Assembly: GCA_025058515.1 (NCBI GenBank) | Contig: JANXDW010000006.1 | Location: forward strand, 9,050-73,049 | Length of the DNA: 64,000 nt | Source of the DNA: Aigarchaeota archaeon | GTDB taxonomy: Archaea; Thermoproteota; Nitrososphaeria_A; Caldarchaeales; Wolframiiraptoraceae | Direction of reading: 5' to 3' | Shown: positions 8,704-17,708 of the stretch, piece by piece | How positions within the stretch are numbered: position 1 is the first letter of the stretch | Layout of the letters: each line of letters opens with the position of its first letter | Made by a program: the position numbers and the translations under genes | Notes under the pieces: generated by a model | The model's input: only the letters and a program-made list of their open reading frames with translations | Databases searched by the model: none | What the model was told of the DNA's origin: nothing

Positions 8704-11565
8704 TTATTGAAATCTTCTTTGTAATGCTTTCTTCTCTGCTTCTATTATCAATTCTATTAAATTTAAGTTCTCTCTACTCTCTTTATTTAGTATCTCTACT
8801 ACTTCTTTTAATGTCAATCCTCTTGCTGAGAGGACTAATACAGCTGTTCTACCATATTTCTTTATTAACACAGCATTTCTTCTAAGCTCTGCAAGAATCT
8901 TCTTCTCTTTCTTATTTACTGATTTACCTCTCCTAGCTATTAATCCTAGGATATCCTCTAGCTCATATCTTGCTACCCCTATCCTATCTGAACCGCAGAC
9001 TGGGCAGACTGGCTTCTCCTCCATATCTTTAACTAGAGTCTTCTTATAATATTCAAAGCAATCAGTGCATACTTCTATCCAAGATTCGTAGAGTAGTCTA
9101 GTTCTAACAGAGGTAAGCACTAGCTTCTTTATTCCTTCACTTGTCGTTACCTCTCCTTCATGCTCAAACTTTGATAATGTTATCTTCGCTAAAGGAGATG
9201 GCTCGGAGAATGTGTTTCTCCATCTTACTAGTTTAACCCTATCTTCAAGAATATCTTCTAAGATCTTCTTAGAGATCTTTAAGTCGAAATCGTGGAAAAG
9301 CGTATAGTTTAATGCTTCCCGATAAACTACTGTATCCTTTAGTGTTTCTGCAAATTGGTTTATATTTAAGTCAGCTATACTTGCATCACTCTTAATTACT
9401 CCCATCTTTCTAGCTACGTGGATAAGCCTACGCTTGAATAACGTAGATGATTCTACAGCCTTCTTAACCTTCTCTTCAAAATCATTCTCTAATATCTCTC
9501 TTATACTTTCTAAGATAGTATCATCTGTTATATGCTTGGACTTGAAGATTATCCTGTATGGATTTTGCTGTCCATGTACAGATGCACCGATCTTCTCAGA
9601 CATATTATAGGCCAAGGCTTTCTGTATAGTTCTATTAGCTTTCAATCCACCATGAATATGAAGGATGACATAAGGTTCAGTATACTCTAGTAAGACGATT
9701 TTATCTGAAGGTACGATTATCTTCTTTCTTATATGTTCTTCAACTTCTCTAAAAGCTCTAGAGACTACATCATATCCTACACCATATCTATCAGCAATAT
9801 CTCTAATTACCGATTCAGGTTCTTCCCCTGACAACCTCCTCTCAGCATATTCTCTTCTAAGCACTCCTACTTCTTGAGCTACTTCATAAGGTACAGGTAT
9901 CTCATCTCCAACCCAGCTAGGTACAGCTCCCTCATACTCATCTACAGATGAAACATATATCCTATCACTCTCTGTATGCAGTACCTCCCAAACTCTTCCA
10001 GTTAGTATAAATCTAGTTCCAGGTTCACCGTATTCTGCTACAAATTCTTCATCTAGTATTCCTACAGATTCACCGCTCTTCTCTTCTATAACTAGATACT
10101 GATGTTCTTCAGGAATCATAGAAAGATTGGAGAAGTAGTAATCGTATAGCTCTGCAGTGTTTCTAGGCTTATATACGGTTTCATCTCTTATCTCAGCTAT
10201 TCCAAGAGAAGACATGTGTTGTAGTACATCTCTCAGCTCATCTAGGTTTAAGTCTTTGAAGTTATAGGATCTCTTAAAGATGGTCATCATGTCTTCTATC
10301 TTCATCTTTCCATATTCTATTAAGAGCCCAGATACTTGATGCATCAAGACGTCTAGAGAGTTTTTGGGGATCTCGACTTCTTCTAACTGCTCATTTCTAG
10401 CCCTCTTAGTGATGACCATGGATTCTAGAGCATCATCTGAATCCATTACTATTACTACTCCTTTAGCGGTCTTCTCTAATGAGTGCCCACTTCTACCTAT
10501 CCTCTGAACAAGCCTAGTAACTTCTCTAGGAGAATTATACTGTATGCAGAGCTCTATTCTTCCAACATCTATCCCTAGCTCTAGAGATGATGTACATATT
10601 ATCCCGATGAGCTCACCGCTCTTCAAACCATGTTCTGCTGTAATTCTAGTAGACTTAGATAGAGAACCGTGATGTATGCCGACTGGCATATGCTGATCCC
10701 AAAGCCTAAACCTATTGGTAAGTATCTCTGCGAGAGGTCTAGTATTAGTAAAGATAAGCGTCGATTCATGTTCATCTATCAATCTTCTTATTGTTTTAAG
10801 TCTTGAAGCTACATCTGGAAAAACCCCCAGCTTCTCAGCTAATTCATAATCTTCACTATCTGGAGCAGGGTACAGTACATCTATCTCCATGCTTCTAGCT
10901 ACTGAAGCATCGATTATCTCACATCCTCTACCTACTCCTACTAGATATTCTGCAACTTTCTTAGGGCTTCCAATAGTTGCCGAGAGACCGATCCTCTGAA
11001 AATCTAGACCAGTGATCAATCTAAGTCTTTCTAGAGCTATAGATAGCTGTGCACCCCTCTTATCTGTAGCCAGCTCATGAACTTCGTCGATTACAACCCA
11101 TCTAACATCTCTTAGATAATTTCTAAAAACTTTAGCTGTGAGAATTATTTGTAATGTTTCAGGAGTTGTTATAAGTATGTCTGGAGGAGAGATGGTCTGT
11201 ATTCTTCTCTCACGAGATGCTGTATCACCATGTCTTACAGAGACCTTGAAATCAAGTTTATGAGCCCACCAATCAATTCTATCTAAAAGATCTCTATTAA
11301 GTGCTCTGAGAGGAGTTATATAGAGAAGTTTTATTCCATGCCCCACATCTTCGACCAGCATCTTGCTCAAGATAGGTAGCAGAGCGGCCTCTGTCTTCCC
11401 AGTACCCGTCGGGGCAATCAAGAGTATATTCCTATTCTCAAGTATCCTAGGTATAGCATATATCTGTGGAGCAGTAAGATGTTTAAATCTCTCTCTAAAG
11501 GCCTCAGACACAGGTTTAGCCAACATCTCTAGTACTTCTTCTTCATCGAGAGGTAACGTATTCAT
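8704..11565 (-). CDS. Lhr-like DExH-box superfamily-2 helicase (COG1201-type) with C-terminal zinc ribbon
   Basis: Walker A APTGTGKTEAA, motif II VVIDEVHEL, motif VI QRIGRSGH. The long C-terminal extension typical of Lhr contains CTDCFEYY...CPVCGSD (Zn ribbon). 953 aa. Confidence 0.7.
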   Translation of the reverse strand: MNTLPLDEEEVLEMLAKPVSEAFRERFKHLTAPQIYAIPRILENRNILLIAPTGTGKTEAALLPILSKMLVEDVGHGIKLLYITPLRALNRDLLDRIDWWAHKLDFKVSVRHGDTASRERRIQTISPPDILITTPETLQIILTAKVFRNYLRDVRWVVIDEVHELATDKRGAQLSIALERLRLITGLDFQRIGLSATIGSPKKVAEYLVGVGRGCEIIDASVARSMEIDVLYPAPDSEDYELAEKLGVFPDVASRLKTIRRLIDEHESTLIFTNTRPLAEILTNRFRLWDQHMPVGIHHGSLSKSTRITAEHGLKSGELIGIICTSSLELGIDVGRIELCIQYNSPREVTRLVQRIGRSGHSLEKTAKGVVIVMDSDDALESMVITKRARNEQLEEVEIPKNSLDVLMHQVSGLLIEYGKMKIEDMMTIFKRSYNFKDLNLDELRDVLQHMSSLGIAEIRDETVYKPRNTAELYDYYFSNLSMIPEEHQYLVIEEKSGESVGILDEEFVAEYGEPGTRFILTGRVWEVLHTESDRIYVSSVDEYEGAVPSWVGDEIPVPYEVAQEVGVLRREYAERRLSGEEPESVIRDIADRYGVGYDVVSRAFREVEEHIRKKIIVPSDKIVLLEYTEPYVILHIHGGLKANRTIQKALAYNMSEKIGASVHGQQNPYRIIFKSKHITDDTILESIREILENDFEEKVKKAVESSTLFKRRLIHVARKMGVIKSDASIADLNINQFAETLKDTVVYREALNYTLFHDFDLKISKKILEDILEDRVKLVRWRNTFSEPSPLAKITLSKFEHEGEVTTSEGIKKLVLTSVRTRLLYESWIEVCTDCFEYYKKTLVKDMEEKPVCPVCGSDRIGVARYELEDILGLIARRGKSVNKKEKKILAELRRNAVLIKKYGRTAVLVLSARGLTLKEVVEILNKESRENLNLIELIIEAEKKALQRRFQ

Positions 11566-11752
11566 CTACTATCTATGATCTCTTATATCCTGAACTTAAA
11601 GATGACTAATCAACTATTTGAGGTTACTACTTCTCAATTGATCTTTATCCTTATCGTAGTAACATGATGATAATGATTGAGATGGAGGGAGTTTGCACAG
11701 CTTAGAATGAGTGTAACATATTCTAAATATGCTGTTATATTTTCTCATTGGT

Positions 11753-12640
11753 TCATCGCTCATTCTTAACATTATGTGTTCTCCATAAGATATCTCTAAT
11801 AGATTCAAGAGGTTGTTCATCAACCCCCATATAGGAGGCCGCTGTACATATGTTTACCATATCTCTCACTTCTTCTAAGAAGTCTTTCAACTTACTTCTC
11901 CATTCTCTATCTCTAGTTAGATGATGGTCTAAGATTAGTGTATGCATGTTCGTTCTTTTGATCGCTCTCTTGAGATTCTTGATTGACTTGTCTAGATCTA
12001 TTTGCGAGAAGCTGTTTCCAAGCATATACGTCATTGGACCATCGCATATAACTATGTCGGGCATATTGGATAAGATGAACATTATCTGTTCTTCTACGAT
12101 GATCCCCTCCACATCTGATGTATGGATAATCTTCTCTCCATTTTCTTCAATTAGAACTTCAAGTACGTATCCAAGTTTAGAATCGTTCCCATGCTGTACT
12201 GGGTTAGAGAACTTCAATCTACAGCTTTCTATCTTGAATTCTCTACCATCCGCTACCTCAAACTTTGCATCTATCTTTTTAAGAGATTCTATGAAGGTGC
12301 TAGCTCTCATCCTCTGACTGTAATTAATCATATGATGTGGATCTTTTATCAATAGCTTCTTTCCAGCTAGCCAATCTATATCTTCACTTGGTCTAGGTAT
12401 GTGGTCGTAATGATAGTGGGTAACGATCACTAAATCAGACTCTTTTACTATCTCTGAAATAGCCTTCTTATGTTCTCTAAGTTTCTGATACTCTAGTGGG
12501 TGAGGTTGGAGTCCATATCTCTTAGGACCTAAAGCTGCGCTCGGGTCTATCATGATCCTCGCTGAATTAGTCTCAATAGATGTGGCCATACTTCTTGTTC
12601 CAAGACTATCGAATGCTATGAGATTGATCTCTAACCCCAA
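11753..12640 (-). CDS. Metallo-beta-lactamase-fold hydrolase
   Basis: HxHxDH motif in VIVTHYHYDHIPRP. 295 aa. Co-oriented immediately upstream of the Lhr helicase. Confidence 0.65.
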   Translation of the reverse strand: MGLEINLIAFDSLGTRSMATSIETNSARIMIDPSAALGPKRYGLQPHPLEYQKLREHKKAISEIVKESDLVIVTHYHYDHIPRPSEDIDWLAGKKLLIKDPHHMINYSQRMRASTFIESLKKIDAKFEVADGREFKIESCRLKFSNPVQHGNDSKLGYVLEVLIEENGEKIIHTSDVEGIIVEEQIMFILSNMPDIVICDGPMTYMLGNSFSQIDLDKSIKNLKRAIKRTNMHTLILDHHLTRDREWRSKLKDFLEEVRDMVNICTAASYMGVDEQPLESIRDILWRTHNVKNER

Positions 12641-12949
12641 CTAAACTTCAATAAGATCTCTCATCCACATTCATATATATTAGTTTAAGGTTGAGGTGTC
12701 GGTGAATAAAATATTGAACTCGTCATTAAATCTTTCTTTCTACTTAAGAAAATTATTAGATGTTTATCATTCTGAGATTATGAGAGTTGAAGATGGATTT
12801 TAGATCGTTCTTTTACGAGGAATATAGAGGTTACATAGTCTATCCAGTATCTTTGGAGAAGGAAATGGTCGTGAGAGAAGATGCACTTAAAGATATGGTT
12901 TCTCAAGAATCCTTACAATTTCTTATTCTAGAGCATGTTTATAAAAGTC

Positions 12950-13708
12950 TCATGTCTTCTTTTCTTCTTCACCTACGTATTTACCGCATAATGGACAGTA
13001 GACCGAGTCTGCAGGGATAGATTCACCACAGTATCTACACTTCTTCAATAAAACTTCTTCAACGACAGCCATCTCTTCAACTCTTACTTTTTCAGGCTTC
13101 TCTTCTTTAATCAATTCTTTCAAGAATTCAAGATCAGGCTCGACAGGTGGCTTCTCTTCTTCTAGACGTGCCTCCGACTCAACTTCTTTCTTGACGATCT
13201 CTGCGATCACTTCTTCCTCAAATGGTTTTTCAACTTCTTGTTTAACCTCTATTACTTCTTCTTTCTTTACCTCTTCAACTTCTTCTGCAACCTTTTCAGT
13301 TACTTCTCCTCTTTCAACAGTTACTGGTTTTACTTTTACTGAAAGCAAGTATACATAGGAGATGGATGCGGCCATTAGAGGAGATAATAGAGTGATTAAA
13401 TATAGGAGTGGTATATTGATGAGTGTTAATAAGAATCTTGGTAGGCTGATGCCAAGTATAGTGGAGAAGATGTATGGTGTTAGTAATCCTAATGCTCCTC
13501 CTGTTATGGATATTGTAATCGATGGAGTCTTTTCTTTAACTATTAAGGCTGTTATGATTCCGACTGTGACTCCGACTACGATTAACATAATGATGCCGAG
13601 TAGTATTTCAGAAGGTGTCAAGATGTTTAAGTATGGATACAGTATATTGGGGATCAAGAGAGATAAGGCGTAAGCTAATAGGATGGCCACCAGTATCCTT
13701 ATTCTCAA
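12950..13708 (-). CDS. Membrane-anchored protein with E/K/V-rich low-complexity linker and C-terminal zinc ribbon
   Basis: N-terminal about 120 aa is strongly hydrophobic (3-4 TM). The middle is an EVEEVKKEEVIEVKQEVEK-type charged repeat. The C-terminus has CRYCGESIPADSVYCPLCG (C-x2-C...C-x2-C). Confidence 0.4.
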   Translation of the reverse strand: MRIRILVAILLAYALSLLIPNILYPYLNILTPSEILLGIIMLIVVGVTVGIITALIVKEKTPSITISITGGALGLLTPYIFSTILGISLPRFLLTLINIPLLYLITLLSPLMAASISYVYLLSVKVKPVTVERGEVTEKVAEEVEEVKKEEVIEVKQEVEKPFEEEVIAEIVKKEVESEARLEEEKPPVEPDLEFLKELIKEEKPEKVRVEEMAVVEEVLLKKCRYCGESIPADSVYCPLCGKYVGEEEKKT

Positions 13709-13893
13709 GTCTTTCCAACATAACCTTGTAAAACCGTATCTTTAAAGTTTTTCATAAAATATCTTGAAGCATAATCTCATAGAAATTCTCTAAATAATCT
13801 TAACGTATTTATGAAGCATGTTCTATTCATTCTAAGTCATGGCTTCATATAGATCAATACTAAGCTCTCTAGGAAATTTTTCTAAAATAATTC

Positions 13894-15309
13894 TTACTCA
13901 TTTCTAACTATAGCTATTACAAGGTCTCCAACATTTGTGCCTGTAGGTCCTGTGATTACATGACCTCCCACATTCTGGAAGAATGTATATGAATCGTTAT
14001 CTGATAGATATTTTATAGGATTAATTCCTTTATTGATTGCTTCTAGATATGTTTCTCCATCTACGATTGCTCCAGCTACATCTGTTGGACCATCAACTCC
14101 ATCTGTCCCTATACTCGTTAAACAACATGATGTTAAATCTTTGATCCCTATCGAGGCTGAGAGTGCTAATTCTTGATTTCTACCTCCTATACCATGACCT
14201 CTTACTCTAACAGTTGTCTCACCACCACATATCAGAGAATATCTTCCCTTCCTGGTAGCTTGTTCTCTCAATAAAGATGTTAGAAATCTTCCTACTTCTG
14301 ATGCTTCACCCTCCATGTATCTTGTAAGTATCTTTGTAGAATACTTCTTCGATCTTAAGTATGCATAGGCTTTTTCACATGCATCCGATATGCTTGCAAT
14401 AATTACATTCTGAACTCTGTTGAACAGCGGGTCTCCCGGTTTAGGATTCTCTTCTATGGAACCATTTACACCATCTTCTATCCTCTTTCTAACCCTTTCA
14501 GGTAGATGTTCCCAGATGTGATACCTCTTAAGAACCTCTAGAGCATCTTTAAACGTAGTTGGATCTGGAGCGGTGGGTCCTGAGCCTATAGCTTCAAGTT
14601 TATCTCCTACAACATCTGAGATTATCAAAGATATGACTCTAGCGTTATTCAACTTCTTTAAGAGCCTTCCACCTTTAATCTCAGAGAGATGTCTTCTAAC
14701 AATATTTATCTCATCTATTGTTGCACCACTCTTTAATAGTAGTCTAGTCGTTTCAGCTTTATCTTCTAGAGTTAATGGGTGTGCTGGTAGCGGTAAGAGT
14801 GCAGAAGCTCCACCTGATAAAAGGAATATTACGAGAGTTTCAGGGTCTGAAGAATTAGCATACTCTAATATTTTCTCTGAGGCTCTTACTCCTAACATGC
14901 TTGGGATAGGATGGGTAGAAGGTAGAACTTCTATCTTTTTTAGCTTAGCTTCAGTAACCTTCTCTTTAGGTGCAACTACTGCTCCGAGACTAATCTTATC
15001 TAGTAGTATCTTCTCAATATAGCTGGCCATCCCGATAGATGCTTTCCCAGCTCCTAGTACAATTATCTTCTTGAATTCACTTAGTCTATACCTAACGCCC
15101 TTGATTATCAAACTTCCTCCAACCCTCTTTACATGCCTTCTTAAAGCATTCTCAGGTAAGACTTCTTCTAGAGCTTTCTCAACAGCTTCTAGCACATCTC
15201 TCCGACTCTCAGAGAGCAGTCCACTTCTCTCTTGGACTAATTGCTCGAAGTTCTTGATGATCTTACTCATCATAGATAGGCTTGCTTCTCCTAGAAATAA
15301 ATTTAACAC
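13894..15309 (-). CDS. Glycerate 2-kinase (MOFRL / GckA family)
   Basis: The VIIKGVRY...VLGAGKASIGMA nucleotide-binding region, DVVGDKLEAIGSGPTAPDPTTF and the C-terminal TGPTGTNVGDL are characteristic of MOFRL-family glycerate kinases. 471 aa. Confidence 0.65.
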   Translation of the reverse strand: MLNLFLGEASLSMMSKIIKNFEQLVQERSGLLSESRRDVLEAVEKALEEVLPENALRRHVKRVGGSLIIKGVRYRLSEFKKIIVLGAGKASIGMASYIEKILLDKISLGAVVAPKEKVTEAKLKKIEVLPSTHPIPSMLGVRASEKILEYANSSDPETLVIFLLSGGASALLPLPAHPLTLEDKAETTRLLLKSGATIDEINIVRRHLSEIKGGRLLKKLNNARVISLIISDVVGDKLEAIGSGPTAPDPTTFKDALEVLKRYHIWEHLPERVRKRIEDGVNGSIEENPKPGDPLFNRVQNVIIASISDACEKAYAYLRSKKYSTKILTRYMEGEASEVGRFLTSLLREQATRKGRYSLICGGETTVRVRGHGIGGRNQELALSASIGIKDLTSCCLTSIGTDGVDGPTDVAGAIVDGETYLEAINKGINPIKYLSDNDSYTFFQNVGGHVITGPTGTNVGDLVIAIVRNE

Positions 15310-15452
15310 GTCTCATATACTCACAATGTAAAGAAAGATTGTATGATTACTCATTATAGATAGGCTTGTTTCTAAATGTAACTATTTACAAATCTTTTAA
15401 TTATTTGTAGACTGAGTTTTGAGAAATCTTAATTACGTATTTTTAAAGATTA

Positions 15453-16157
15453 TTGAATGAGGTTCGATCGATGAGCAGTTCTTATATATCGAAGAGAGCG
15501 GTCATCATGGGAAAGATATTTGATGAAGTAGTAATATATGGTCCGTCTAAGATTGGGAGAGATACTTTTATCGATAGATGGGTTCAAGTCGGGTATCCAA
15601 CTAGGGAAAGATTACTGAAGACGATTAGATGTAATGTTTTAGACCTAGATAGTGTAAGTGAAGGCTCCATCATAGGTGAACGATGTATAATTAGAAGCTC
15701 ATCGATAATATATGATAGAGTTGAGATAGGTGATGATGTAGAGATCGGTCACGGAGTCTTGATCCGCTCTAACTCGATCGTAGGCTCAAGATGTAAGGTG
15801 GGAAGCTTTACACAACTTGATGGAGAAGTACATCTTGGAGAACAAGTAATAATCCAGTCAATGGTATACCTACCCCACCTAACAGAAGTAGGAGATGGAA
15901 CTTTCATCGGTCCAAACGTTGTCGTAACAAATGATAAGTATCCTATAGGAAGACTTGAAGGAGTTAAAATTGGTAAGAATGTAGTAATAGGAGCTAATTC
16001 CACTATCTTAGCAGGAGTAGAGATTGGGGATGAAGCTGTAATAGCTGCAGGCTCAGTAGTTACTCACAATATTCCATCTTCAATAGTAGTTAAAGGTGTT
16101 CCAGCTAAACCATACATAAGTAGAGAAGAATATGAATTGAAGAAGAATAGAGTTTAA
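15453..16157 (+). CDS. Left-handed beta-helix (hexapeptide-repeat) acyltransferase / gamma-carbonic-anhydrase-like protein
   Basis: Tandem hexapeptide repeats [LIV]GxxxxIG, e.g. IGDDVEIGHGVLIRSNSIVGSRCKVGSF and IGKNVVIGANSTILAGVEIGDEAVIAAGSVV. Confidence 0.7.
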   Translation: MNEVRSMSSSYISKRAVIMGKIFDEVVIYGPSKIGRDTFIDRWVQVGYPTRERLLKTIRCNVLDLDSVSEGSIIGERCIIRSSSIIYDRVEIGDDVEIGHGVLIRSNSIVGSRCKVGSFTQLDGEVHLGEQVIIQSMVYLPHLTEVGDGTFIGPNVVVTNDKYPIGRLEGVKIGKNVVIGANSTILAGVEIGDEAVIAAGSVVTHNIPSSIVVKGVPAKPYISREEYELKKNRV

Positions 16158-16244
16158 GAGAAGCAAGTTTACATTATTTTTCTACTATAGAATGCTTATA
16201 TAATTCTTAGAGTAAATAGATAGATGCTGTAAAGGAGGTAGGTA

Positions 16245-16553
16245 ATGGCAGAGATCTGCCCCGTCTGTGGGTTGCCTAAAACAATATGTGTATGTAAGAC
16301 GATAAGTCGAGAGCAGCAAAGAATAAAAGTTAAGCTGGAGATGAGGAAGTGGAGTAGACCTGTTACTATCATCGAGGGCTTAGATGATGATAAAGGAGAA
16401 CTTGAACAACTTGCTCGGAAGTTAAAATCGATATGTGCTTCAGGTGGAACTGTAAAGAATGGTGTAATACTTTTACAAGGAGACCATAGAGATAAGGTAA
16501 AAGAAGTACTATTAGAGATGGGACATACAGAAGAAAATATAGAAGTAGTCTAG
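16245..16553 (+). CDS. sui1: Translation initiation factor aSUI1 (eIF1 homolog)
   Basis: 102 aa. N-terminal Zn knuckle CPVCGLPKTICVC followed by the SUI1 fold segment RKWSRPVTIIEGL...LARKLKSICASGGTVKNGVILLQGDHRDKVKEVL. Confidence 0.8.
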   Translation: MAEICPVCGLPKTICVCKTISREQQRIKVKLEMRKWSRPVTIIEGLDDDKGELEQLARKLKSICASGGTVKNGVILLQGDHRDKVKEVLLEMGHTEENIEVV

Positions 16554-17476
16554 GCAGATACAGAAGATCCTTCGAGGATCTCTTTAAGCCCTTTAAACCT
16601 ATTCCTAACTGTAACCTCTGTTACTCCAGCAGCTCTAGCTATATCTTTCTGAGTTATATTTTGAGTAGTCTCTTGGCAAGCCATGTAGAGAGCGGCTGCA
16701 GCTATTCCAACAGGGTCTTTACCAACTGTTGCTCCAGCCTTTGTAGCTTCTTGAAGTATTCTTAAAGCTTCTTGAACAGTTCTTTGATCTAGTCCAACCT
16801 TTGAAGCTATCTTATTTAAGTAAACTGCTGGGTCTACTACAGGAACCTTGAATTTTAGATGCTTCAATAATAATCTATACCCTTGAGCGATGGTCTTCCT
16901 CTTAACTACTGGATATGCTTTCTCGAGTTCTCTCAGATCTCGGGGAGCGTTCATAGACCTACATGCTGCATAAACCGATGCAGCCATTATAGATCTAATG
17001 CTTCTACCTCTAACTAACCCTTCCTTTAAAGCTTTTCTATATATTAGCATGGCCTTCTCAGCTATTGCTTGACTTAGGTGAAGCTTATCAATGTATATCT
17101 GGAGGATGTTTACTGCTTGCTGTAGATTTCTAGCTTCAGAAGCATCTACTTGACTAGTTGCATCCAGCTTCTTCAATCTTAATAATTTCTCTCTAGCTTC
17201 TTTCGAAAGCTTTCTTCCAGCAGCATCTTCATCTATCTTATTAATTACTGTGGATAAGCCGTGGTCTCGATACATTATAGAGAGAGGTGCTCCTACTCTA
17301 CTCCTACTCTCTTCTTCATCTTCAATATTCCTCCACTCTGGACCTCTATCAATATCTCTCTCTAAGACTACGTATCCACAGCTTGGACATGTTACTTCAC
17401 CTGTTCTCGGGTCGTGGACTAAGACATCGTTCCCACATTCAGGGCAGATCATTCCCTCTTTCCATCCTTTTATCAT
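16550..17476 (-). CDS. tfb: Transcription initiation factor TFB (TFIIB homolog)
   Basis: N-terminal Zn ribbon CPECGNDVLVHDPRTGEVTCPSCG, B-finger/linker, then two cyclin-fold repeats with the C-terminal HTH TQKDIARAAGVTEVTVRNRFKGL. 308 aa. Confidence 0.9.
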   Translation of the reverse strand: MIKGWKEGMICPECGNDVLVHDPRTGEVTCPSCGYVVLERDIDRGPEWRNIEDEEESRSRVGAPLSIMYRDHGLSTVINKIDEDAAGRKLSKEAREKLLRLKKLDATSQVDASEARNLQQAVNILQIYIDKLHLSQAIAEKAMLIYRKALKEGLVRGRSIRSIMAASVYAACRSMNAPRDLRELEKAYPVVKRKTIAQGYRLLLKHLKFKVPVVDPAVYLNKIASKVGLDQRTVQEALRILQEATKAGATVGKDPVGIAAAALYMACQETTQNITQKDIARAAGVTEVTVRNRFKGLKEILEGSSVSA

Positions 17477-17483
17477 AATTCGA

Positions 17484-17516
17484 CTTCACCTCCAGAGCAT
17501 AATTTTTTTATACAAT
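17484..17516 (-). promoter_or_regulatory. Putative tfb promoter: A/T-rich TATA-like box plus Shine-Dalgarno
   Basis: On the minus strand: TTGTATAAAAAAATTATG (TATA-like, about 25-40 nt upstream of the start), and GGAGGTGAAGTCGAATT immediately before the ATG (SD GGAGGTGA). Confidence 0.4.
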
Positions 17517-17708
17517 TTTGTAAAATGAAATATTTGTATATTAGCCTTACCTCCTACTATTATCTTGTTGCAAGCTTGAATTTAAGGATTACTATCATAT
17601 ATACTTATCTTTAAGGCCTTTATAAATAATATAAAAATTTTTTGTTTTAAGATAGCTTAAAAAGCTTTTATAAAGTGGTCTCGTGAGATTGGAGAACTTA
17701 TAAAAAGC

